Below, piece after piece: positions 40,148 through 51,596 of a stretch of DNA of 64,000 nt. This DNA is from Haplodiscus bocki (taxonomy: Eukaryota). Position numbers and translations under genes: made by a program. Where the stretch lies: the NCBI GenBank assembly GCA_965655095.1, contig OZ296650.1, positions 7,998,001 through 8,062,000 on the forward strand. The letters are read 5' to 3'. Numbering within the stretch: the stretch's first letter is position 1; every line of letters begins with the position of its first letter. The notes under the pieces were generated by a model. It was not told the origin of the DNA, searched no databases, and saw only the letters and a list, made by a program, of their open reading frames with translations.

Positions 40148-43100
40148 CTTAGTTGAACGCTGGCAACAACTATCGAGTTTTGTCTCTAGTAATCCGATTT
40201 TGCATTTTTCACGAAGTTCGTGACCTGGTCCGTAGATTGTTGATCTTTGTGCTCTAAAAGGTTCGTGTTAGAACTCTGAACAACATCGGAGATCATGATT
40301 ACATCATAAGTTGTATTGAAACACTTCGCCGTAGCCAGAAATTGTCTGAGCATGGTCGTTTGACTACGGAACGAACTGAAAACTTCTTAATAATTAGGAC
40401 CACAAAAGCAGTGTCTTAGATGAATTCAGAAACCACAGATCAAGTTTTGTATGCAGACGTCCAATCATGCCAGTATTGCGACATTTTCACCAGTTTACTA
40501 GGTTGAAGGTCTTCCTGCTCTGAAGCGTTCGTGTTAGAAGTCTGAACCACATTGTAGATCCTGATTACATCAAAAGATGTTTTCAAACACTTTGTTTTAG
40601 TAAGACACCATCTTAGCCTATTTGTTTGACTAAAGAAGTAACTTAAATGTTTGTAATGAAAATTAACAACGAAGCAGCGTCTTAGTTGAACTCAGATTGC
40701 AAAGAGCGAGCTTTAATTGCAGTATACCAATCACGCAGTTTTCATGTCTTTTCTGACCTGTTTGGAGGATTGAAGATCTTCCTGCTCTCAAGGCGTCGTG
40801 TTTGAAGTCTGAACAACATCGAAGATCATGATTACATCAAAAGTTGTATTCAATAATATGGCCGTAGTCAGACACTATCATAGCTGATCGTTTGACTGAA
40901 GAACGAATTCAAAACCTCGAAACAGGCAAAGCCACTGAAGCACTGTCTTAGTTGAACCGAGACAACACTCGCCGAGTTTCGTCTGTAGTAATCTGTTCAT
41001 GTATGTTTCAGCACTTTCCTGACCCAGTGGCGAGAAAGTAGATCTTCCTGCTCTGAAGGGTTCGTGTTAGAAGTCTGAACAACACTGAAGATCTTGATTA
41101 AATCAGAAGGTGTTTTCCGACTTATCGCAGTAGCCGTTCACCAAATCAACGTGAGCGCATGAAGAGTGAACGGTCTTTAAAATCATTTCAAGGAAGACCA
41201 CAGAACCACTGGTTTAGTTGAACTCAGGAAACTCCTCTCGAAAATTGCTTCTAGTAGTCTGATCTTGCAAGTTTCAGAACCTTCATGACTTAGTGGGGAG
41301 AATGTAGATATTCTGCTCTCAAGGGTTCGTGTTGAACATCTGAACAACATTAAAGATACTGATTACATCAGGGGATGTATTCAAACCAATCGATGTAGTC
41401 AGACACTATCTTAGCTTGGTCGTTTGACTGAAGAACGAACTGAAGGCTTCGTAATAAACAAGACCAATGAAGCAGTGTCTTAGTTGAACTCAGATTGCAA
41501 AGAGCGAGCTTTAAGTGCAGTAGTCCAATCACGCAGTTTTCATGTGTTTTTTGACCTGTTCGGAAGATTGAAGATCTTTCTGTTCTCAAGGCGTCGTGTT
41601 TGAAGTCTGAACAACATCGAAGATCATGAATACATCAAAAGTTGTATTCAATAATATGGCCGTAGTCAGACACTATCATAGCTGATCGTTTGACTGAAAA
41701 ACGAATTCAAAACCTCGAAACAGGCAAAACCACTGAAGCACTGTCTTAGTTGAACCCAGACAACACCTATCGAGTTTCGTCTGTAGTAATCTGTTCATGT
41801 TCGTTTCAGCACTTTCCTGACCCAGTGGGGAGAAAGTACATCTTCCTGCTCTAAAGGGTTCGTGTTAGAAGTCTGAACAACACTGAAGATCTTGATTGCA
41901 TCATAAGGTGTTTTCCAACACATCGCCGTAGTCAGACACCAATTTAAACTGAGCGTAGGAAGAAAGAACGAATTTTACAGTTCTTTTCAAAAGAAACCAA
42001 AGAGGAACTGGTTTATCTGAACTCACGCAACCCCTATCGAAATTTATTTGTAGCAATCTGATCATGCATTTTTGTAACTTTCCCGAGCCGGTTGGGAGAA
42101 AAAAGATTCCGTTGCTCTCAAGTGTCAACGTTACACATCTGAGGAACTTTGAGGATCATGATAACATCATAAGATAATTTCCAACACATCGCTGTAGTCA
42201 TACGCTAAGTTAAGTTGACCATATGAATAAATTAAGAACTTAAAGTTTCAATTCAAGAGAGACCGCTGACCACTGGCTTACTTGAACACTGGCAAAGCCT
42301 ATCGAAGTTTGTCTCTAGTAATCTGACTATGCAATTTTCACGAATTTCTTGACCTGGTCAAGCGAACGTTGATCTTCTTGCCCTGAAGGATTTGTGTTAG
42401 AAGTCTGAACCACTTTGAAGATCCTCATTACATCAAAAGACGTATTCAAAAACTTCGCTGTAGTCAGACACTATCTTAGCCTGTACGTTTGATAAAAGAA
42501 GGATTTTAAGTCTTCATGATAAACAAAACCAGTGAAGCATTGTCTTAGTTGAACTCAGATATCACAGATCAAGCTTTAAGTGCTGTAGTCCAATCGGTCA
42601 AAGTGTACAATTTCCTTGACCTCGTCGGGAGATAAAAGATCATCCTGCTCTCAAAAATTCGTGCAAGATCTCTGAAGAGCATTGAAGATCTCGATCACAT
42701 CATCAGATGTGTCCATATACTTCGCCATAGCAGGACGTTAACTTGGTTTAAGCGTATGATTGAAGAACGAACTATAAACTTCGTAATAAGCAAGACCACT
42801 GAAGCAGTCTCTTAATTGAACCGAGACATCACAGATCAAGTTTTGTTTGTGATTATCTGATCATGCAACTTTTACGACTATCTTGACCCGGTGGGGAGAT
42901 TTTAGATTTTCTTGCTCTCAAGAGACCGTGTTAGACATTTGAACAACATTGAAGGTCTTGATTACATAATAGGATGTTTTCGCACAAATTGGCGTAGTCA
43001 GACACCAATTTAACTTGTTAGTAGGAAGAAGGAACGATTTTTACTGTTCGTTTCAAGAGAGACCAAAGAAGCACTGGCTTAATTGAACTCACGCAGCAAC

Positions 43101-46100
43101 TATCGAGCTTTATTTGTGGTAAACTGATCATGCAAGTTTTTCAACTTTCTTGAGCTGGTGGGGAGAAGAAAAATTTCTTGCCCTCCAGATTCCACGTTAC
43201 AAATCTAAAAAAATTGAGGATCATTATCACATAATACGATTCTTTCCAACACATCGTTGTAGTCATACACCAACTTAAATTGAGCGTATGAAGATAGAAC
43301 GAACTTAACTTCTCGATTCAAGAGAGACCACTGAACCACTGGCTTAGGTGAACGCTGGCAACAACTATCGAGTTTTGTCTCTAGTAATCTGATTTTGCAT
43401 TTTTCACGAATTTGGTGACCTGGTCCGTAGATTGTTGATCTTTGTGCTCTAAAAGGTTCGTGTTAGAACTCTGAACAACATTGAAGATCATGATTACATC
43501 ATAAGTTGTATTGAAACACTTCGCCGTAGCCAGATACTGTCTGAGCATGGTCGTTTGACTAAGGAACGAACTGAAAACTTCTTAATAATTAGGACCACAA
43601 AAGCAGTGTCTTAGATGAATCCAGAAACTACAGATCAAATTTTGTATGCAGTCGTCCAATCATGCCAGTATTGCGATATTTTCACCAGTTTACTAGGTTG
43701 AAGGTCTTTCTGCTCTGAAGCGTTCGTGTTAAAAGTCTGAACCACATTGTAGATCCTGATTACATCAAAAGATGTTTTCAAACACTTCGTTTTAGTAAGA
43801 CACCATCTTAGCCTATTTGTTTGACTAAAGAAGGAACTTAAGTGTTTGTAATGAAAAGTAACAACGAAGCAGCGTCTTAGTTGAACTCAGATTGCAAAGA
43901 GCGAGCTTTAATTGCAGTAGTCCAATCACGCAGGTTTCATGTCCTTTTTGACCTGTTCGGAGGATTGAAGATCTTCCTGCTCTCAAGGCGTCGTGTTTTA
44001 AGTCTGAACAACATCGAAGATCATGATTACATCAAAAGTTGTATTCAATAATATGGCCGTAGTCAGACACTATCATAGCTGATCGTTTGACTGAAAAACG
44101 AATTCAAAACCTCGAAACAGGCAAAGCCACTGAAGCACTGTCTTAGTTGAACCGAGACATCACTCACCGAGTTTCGTCTGTAGTAATCTGTTCATGTATG
44201 TTTCAGCACTTTCCTGACCCAGTGGCGAGAAAGTAGATCTTCCTGCTCTGAAGGGTTCGTGTTAGAAGTCTGAACAACACTGAAGATCTTGATTACATCA
44301 GAAGGTGTTTTCCAACTTATCGCAGTAGTCATTCACCAAATCAACCTGAGCGCATGAAGAGTGAACGGTCTTTAAAATCATTTCAAGGAAGACCACAGAA
44401 CCACTGGTTTAGTTGAACTCAGGCAACTCCTATCGAAAATTGTTTCTAGTAATCTGATCTTGCAAGTTTCAGAACATTCATGACTTAGTGGGGAGAATGT
44501 AGATATTCTGCTCTCAAGGGTTCGTGTTGAACATCTGAACAACATTAAAGATGCTGATTATATCAAGGGGTGTATTCAAACCAATCGATGTAGTCAGACA
44601 CTATCTTAGCTTGGTTGTTTGATTGAAGAACGAACTGAAGGCTTCGTAATAAACAAGACCAATGAAGCAGTGTCTTAGTTGAACTCAGATTGCAAAGAGC
44701 GAGCTTTAAGTGCAGTAGTCCAATCACGCAGTTTTCATGTGTTTTTTGACCTGTTCGGAAGATTGAAGATCTTTCTGCTCTCAAGGCATCGTGTTTGAAG
44801 TCTGAACAACATCGAAGATCATGATTACATCAAAAGTTGTATTCAATAATATGGCCGTAGTCAGACACTATCATAGCTGATCGTTTGACTGAAAAACGAA
44901 TTCAAAACCTCGAAACAGGCAAAACCACTGAAGCACTGTCTTAGTTGAACCCAGACAACACCTATCGAGTTTCTTCTGTAGTAATCTGTTCATGTTTGTT
45001 TCAGCAATTTCCTGACCCAGTGGAGAGAAAGTAGATCTTCCTGCTCTAAAGGGTTCGTGTTAGAAGTCTGAACAACACTGAAGATCTTGATTACATCATA
45101 AGGTGTTTTCCAACACATCGCCGTAGTCAGACACTGATTTAAACTGAACGTAGGAAGAAAGAACCATTTTTAATGTTCGTTTCAAGAGAGACCAAAGAAG
45201 AACTGGTTTAATTGAACTCACGCAACCCCTATCGAACTTAATTTGTGGTAATCGGATCATGCCTTTTTTTAACTTTGCTGACCCGGTTGGGAGAAAAAAG
45301 ATTCCGTTGCTCTCAAGTGTCAACGTTACACATCTGAGGAACTTTGAGGATCATGATAACATCATAAGATAAATTCCAACACATCGCTGTAGTCATACGC
45401 TAAGTTAAGTTGACCATATGAATAAATTAAGAACTTAAAGTTTCAATTCAAGAGAGACCGCTGACCACTGGCTTACTTGAACACTGGCAAAACCTATCGA
45501 ATTTTGTCTCTAGTAATCTGACTATGCAGTTTTCACGAATTTCCTGACCTGGTCCAGCGAACGTTGATCTTCTTGCCCTGAAGGATTTGTGTTAGAAGTC
45601 TGAACCACTTTGAAGATCCTCATTACATCAAAAGACGTATTCAAAAACTTCGCTGTAGTCAGACACTATCTTAGCCTGTCCGTTTGATAAAAGAAGGATT
45701 TTAAGTCTTCGTGATAAACAAAACCAGTGAAGCATTGTCTTAGTTGAACTCAGATATCACAGATCAAGCTGTAAGTGCTGTAGTCCAATCGGTCAAAGTG
45801 TACATTTTCCTTGACCTGGTCGGGAGATAAAAGATCATCCTGCTCTCAAAATTTCGTGCAAGAGCTCTGAAGAGCATTGAAGATCTCAATCACATCGTCA
45901 GATGTGTCCATATACTTCGCCATAGCAGGACGTTAACTTGGTTTAAGCGTATGATTGAAGAACGAACTATAAACTTCGTAATAAGCAAGACCACTGAAGC
46001 AGTCTCTTAATTGAACCGAGACATCACAGATCAAGTTTTGTTTGTGATTATCTGATCAAGCAACTTTTACGACTATCTTGACCCGGTGGGGAGATTTTAG

Positions 46101-49100
46101 ATTTTCTTGCTCTCAAGAGACCGTGTTAGACATTTGAACAACATTGAAGGTCTTGATTACATAATAAGATGTTTTCGCACAAATTGGCGTAGTCAGACAC
46201 CAATTTAACTTGAGAGTAGGAAGAAGGAACGATTTTTACTGTTCGTTTCAAGAGAGACCAAAGAAGCACTGGCTTAATTGAACTCACGAAACAACTATCG
46301 AGCTTTATTTGTGGTAAACTGATCATGCAAGTTTTTCAACTTTCTTGAGCTGGTGGGGAGAAGAAAAATTTCTTGCTCTCCAGATTCCACGTTACAAATC
46401 TAAAAAAAATTGAGGATCATTATCACATAATACGATTCTTTCCAACACATCGTTGTAGTCATACACCAACTTAAATTGAGCGTATGAAGATAGAACGAAC
46501 TTAACTTCTCGATTCAAGAGAGACCACTGAACCACTGGCTTAGGTGAACGCTGGCAACAACTATCGAGTTTTGTCTCTAGTAATCTGATTTTGCATTTTT
46601 CACGAATTTCGTGACCTGGTCCGTAGATTGTTGATCTTTGTGCTCTAAAAGGTTCGTGTTAGAACTCTGAACAACATTGAAGATCATGATTACATCATAA
46701 GTTGTATTGAAACACTTCGCCGTAGCCAGACACTGTCTGAGCATGGTCGTTTGACTAAGGAACGAACTGAAAACTTCTTAATATTTAGGACCACAAAAGC
46801 AGTGTCTTAGATGAATTCAGAAACCACAGATCAAGTTTTGTATGCAGTCGTCCAATCATGCCAGTATTCGATATTTTCACCAGTTTACTAGGTTGAAGGT
46901 CTTCCTGCTCTGAAGCGTTCATGTTAGAAGTCTGGACCACATTGTAGATCCTGATTACATCAAAAGAAGTTTTCAAACACTTCGGTTTAGTAAGACACCA
47001 TCTTAGCCAATTTGTTTGACTAAAGAAGGAACTTAAGTGTTTGTAATGAAAAATAACAACGAAGCAGCGTCTTAGTTGAACTCAGATTGCAAAGAGCGAG
47101 CTTTAATTGCAGTAGTCCAAGCACGCAGGTTTCATGTCTTTTTTGACCTGTTCGGAGGATTGAAGATCTTCCTGCTCTCAAGGCGTCGTGTCTTAAGTCT
47201 GAACAACATCGAAGATCATGATTACATCAAAAGTTGTATCCAATAATATGGCCGTAGTCAGACACTATCATAGCTGATCGTTTGACTGAAAAACGAAGTC
47301 AAAACCTCGAAACAGGCAAAGACACTGAAGCACTGTCTTAGTTGAACCGAGACAACACTCATCGAGTTTCGTCTGTAGTAATCTGTTCATGTGTGTTTCA
47401 GCACTTTCCTGACCCAGTGGCGAGAAAGTAGATCTTCCTGCTCTGAAGGGTTCGTGTTAGAAGTCTGAACAACACTGAAGATCTTGATTACATCAGAAGG
47501 TGTTTTCCAACTTATCGCAGTAGTCATTCACCAAATCAACCTGAGCGCATGAAGAGTGAACGGTCTTTAAAATCATTTCAAGGAAGACCACAGAACCACT
47601 GGTTTAGTTGAACTCAGGCAACTCCTATCGAAAATTGTTTCTAGTAATCTGATCTTGCAAGTTTCAGAACATTCATGACTTAGTGGGGAGAATGTAGATA
47701 TTCTGCTCTCAAGGGTTCGTGTTGAACATCTGAACAACATTAAAGATGCTGATTATATCAAGGGGTGTATTCAAACCAATCGATGTAGTCAGACACTATC
47801 TTAGCTTGGTTGTTTGATTGAAGAACGAACTGAAGGCTTCGTAATAAACAAGACCAATGAAGCAGTGTCTTAGTTGAACTCAGATTGCAAAGAGCGAGCT
47901 TTAAGTGCAGTAGTCCAATCACGCAGTTTTCATGTGTTTTTTGACCTGTTCGGAAGATTGAAGATCTTTCTGTTCTCAAGGCATCGTGTTTGAAGTCTGA
48001 ACAACATCGAAGATCATGATTACATCAAAAGTTGTATTCAATAATATGGCCGTAGTCAGACACTATCATAGCTGATCGTTTGACTGAAAAACGAATTCAA
48101 AACCTCGAAACAGGCAAAACCACTGAAGCACTGTCTTAGTTGAACCCAGACAACACCTATCGAGTTTCGTCTGTAGTAATCTGTTCATGTTTGTTTCAGC
48201 AATTTCCTGACCCAGTGGAGAGAAAGTAGATCTTCCTGCTCTAAAGGGTTTGTGTTAGAAGTCTGAACAACACTGAAGACCTTGATTACATCATAAGGTG
48301 TTTTCCAACACATCGCCGTAGTCAGACACTGATTTAAACTGAACGTAGGAAGAAAACGTTTTTTACTGTTCGTTTCAAGAGAGACCAAAGAAGAACTGGT
48401 TTAATTGAACCCATGCAACCCCTTTCGAACTTCATTTGTGGTAATCTGATCATGCCTTTTTTTTAACTTTGCTGACCCGGTTGGGAGAAAAAAGATTCCG
48501 TTGCTCTCAAGTGTCAACGTTACACATCTGAGGAACTTTGAGGATCATGATAACATCATAGGATAATTTCCAACACATCGCTGTAGTCATACGCTAAGTT
48601 AAGTTGACCATATGAATAAATTAAGAACTTGAGGTTTCAATTCAAGAGAGACCGCTGACCACTGGCTTACTTGAACACTGGCAAAACCTATCGAATTTTG
48701 TCTCTAGTAATCTGACTATGCAATTTTCACGAATTTCTTGACCTGGTCCAGCGAACGTTGATCTTCTTGCCCTGAAGGTTTTGTGTTAGAAGTCTGAACC
48801 ACTTTGAAGATCCTCATTACATCAAAAGACGTATTCAAAAACTTCGCTGTAGTCAGACACTATCTTAGCCTGTCCGTTTGATAAAAGAAGGATTTTAAGT
48901 CTTCGTGATAAACAAAACCAGTGAAGCATTGTCTTAGTTGAACTCAGATATCACAGATCAAGCTTTAAGTGCTGTAGTCCAATCGGTCAAAGTGTACATT
49001 TTCCTTGACCTGGTCGGGAGATAAAAGATCATCCTGTTCTCAAAAACTCGTGCAAGAGCTCTGAAGAACATTGAAGATCTCAATCACATCATCAGATGCG

Positions 49101-51596
49101 TCCATATACTTCGCCATAGCAGAACGTTAACTTGGTTTAAGCGTATGATTGAAGAACGAACTATAAACTTCGTAATAAGCAAGACCACTGAAGCAGTCTC
49201 TTAATTGAACCGAGACAACACTCATCGAGTTTCGTCTGTAGTAATCTGTTCATGTGTGTTTCAGCACTTTCCTGACCCAGTGGCGAGAAAGTAGATCTTC
49301 CTGCTCTGAAGGGTTCGTGTTAGAAGTCTGAACAACACTGAAGATCTTGATTACATCAGAAGGTGTTTTCCAACTTATCGCAGTAGTCATTCACCAAATC
49401 AACCTGAGCGCATGAAGAGTGAACGGTCTTTAAAATCATTTCAAGGAAGACCACAGAACCACTGGTTTAGTTGAACTCAGGCAACTCCTATCGAAAATTG
49501 TTTCTAGTAATCTGATCTTGCAAGTTTCAGAACATTCATGACTTAGTGGGGAGAATGTAGATATTCTGCTCTCAAGGGTTCGTGTTGAACATCTGAACAA
49601 CATTAAAGATGCTGATTATATCAAGGGGTGTATTCAAACCAATCGATGTAGTCAGACACTATCTTAGCTTGGTTGTTTGATTGAAGAACGAACTGAAGGC
49701 TTCGTAATAAACAAGACCAATGAAGCAGTGTCTTAGTTGAACTCAGATTGCAAAGAGCGAGCTTTAAGTGCAGTAGTCCAATCACGCAGTTTTCATGTGT
49801 TTTTTGACCTGTTCGGAAGATTGAAGATCTTTCTGTTCTCAAGGCATCGTGTTTGAAGTCTGAACAACATCGAAGATCATGATTACATCAAAAGTTGTAT
49901 TCAATAATATGGCCGTAGTCAGACACTATCATAGCTGATCGTTTGACTGAAAAACGAATTTAAAACCTCGAAACAGGCAAAACCACTGAAGCACTGTCTT
50001 AGTTGAACCCAGACAACAACTATCGAGTTTCGTCTGTAGTAATCTGCTCATGTTTGTTTCAGCACTTTCCTGACCCAGTGGAGAGAAAGTAGATCTTCTT
50101 GCTCTAAAGGGTTCGTGTTAGAAGTCTGAACAACGCTAAAGATCTTGATTACATCATAAGGTGTTTTCCAACACATCGCCGTAGTCAGACACTGATTTAA
50201 ACTGAACGTAGGAAGAAAGAACCATTTTTAATGTTCGTTTCAAGAGAGACCAAAGAAGAACTGGTTTAATTGAACCCACGCAATCCCTATCGAACTTCAT
50301 TTGTGGTAATCTGATCATGCCTTTTTTTTAACTTTGCTGACCCGGTTGGGAGAAAAAAGATTCCGTTGCTCTCAAGTGTCAACGTTACACATCTGAGGAA
50401 CTTTGAGGATCATGATAACATCATAAGATAATTTCCAACACATCGCTGTAGTCATACGCTAAGTTAAGTTGACCATATGAATAAATTAAGAACTTGAGGT
50501 TTCAATTCAAGAGAGACCGCTGACCACTGGCTTACTTGAACACTGGCAAAACCTATCGAATTTTGTCTCTAGTAATCTGACTATGCAATTTTCACGAATT
50601 TCTTGACCTGGTCCAGCGAACGTTGATCTTCTTGCCCTGAAGGATTTGTGTTAGAAGTCTGAACCACTTTGAAGATCCTCATTACATCAAAAGACGTATT
50701 CAAAAACTTCGCTGCAGTCAGACACTATCTTAGCCTGTCCGTTTGATAAAAGAAAGATTTTAAGTCTTCGTGATAAACAAAACCAGTGAAGCATTGTCTT
50801 AGTTGAACTCAGATATCACAGATCAAGCTTTAAGTGCTGTAGTCCAATCGGTCAAAGTGTACATTTTCCTTGACCTGGTCGGGAGATAAAAGATCATCCT
50901 GCTCTCAAAAATTCGTGCAAGAGCTCTGAAGAGCATTGAAGATCTCAATCACATCATCAGATGTGTCCATTTACTTCGCCATAGCAGGACGTTAACTTGG
51001 TTTAAGCGTATGATTGAAGAACCAACTATAAACTTCGTAATAAGCAAGACCACTGAAGCAGTCTCTTAATTGAACCGAGACATCACAGATCAAGTTTTGT
51101 TTGTGATTATCTGATCATGCAACTTTTACGACTATCTTGACCCGGTGGGGAGATTTTAGATTTTCTTGCTCTCAAGAGACCGTGTTAGACATTTGAACAA
51201 CATTGAAGGTCTTGATTACATAATAGGATGTTTTCGCACAAATTGGCGTAGTCAGACACCAATTTAACTTGAGAGTAGGAAGAAGGAACGATTTTTACTG
51301 TTCGTTTCAAGAGAGACCAAAGAAGCACTGGCTTAATTGAACTCACGCAACAACTATCGAGCTTTATTTGTGGTAAACTGATCATGCAAGTTTTTCAACT
51401 TTCTTGAGCTGGTGGGGAGAAGAAAAATTTCTTGCTCTCCAGATTCCACGTTACAAATCTAAAAAAATTGAGGATCATTATCACATAATACGATTCTTTC
51501 CAACACATCGTTGTAGTCATACACCAACTTAAATTGAGCGTATGAAGATAGAACGAACTTAACTTCTCGATTCAAGAGAGACCACTGAACCACTGG
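40148..51596. repeat. 12-monomer HOR, 3195 bp, three copies (the third contains a 7-mer duplication)
   Basis: ORFs at 41368/44563/47758 and 41901/45096 are spaced exactly 3195. Subtype order is G'-D-R-S-U-R-S-I-J-K-L-T. Confidence 0.93.
47342..51069. repeat. 7-monomer tandem duplication, 1863 bp
   Basis: Identical ORFs at 47758/49621. A hybrid junction monomer lies at 49205. Confidence 0.92.

Noticed and set aside
40896-40926. Hammerhead-like CTGAAGA...CGAAAC (retrozyme-type satellite); also minus-strand CTGATGA in CATCATCAG-containing monomers
   Set aside because: No valid stem II closes next to GAAA and no stem III or cleavage triplet is evident. The motif is not conserved across monomers, and the minus-strand CTGATGA lacks a following GAAA. 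An Infernal/RNAMotif scan would settle it.
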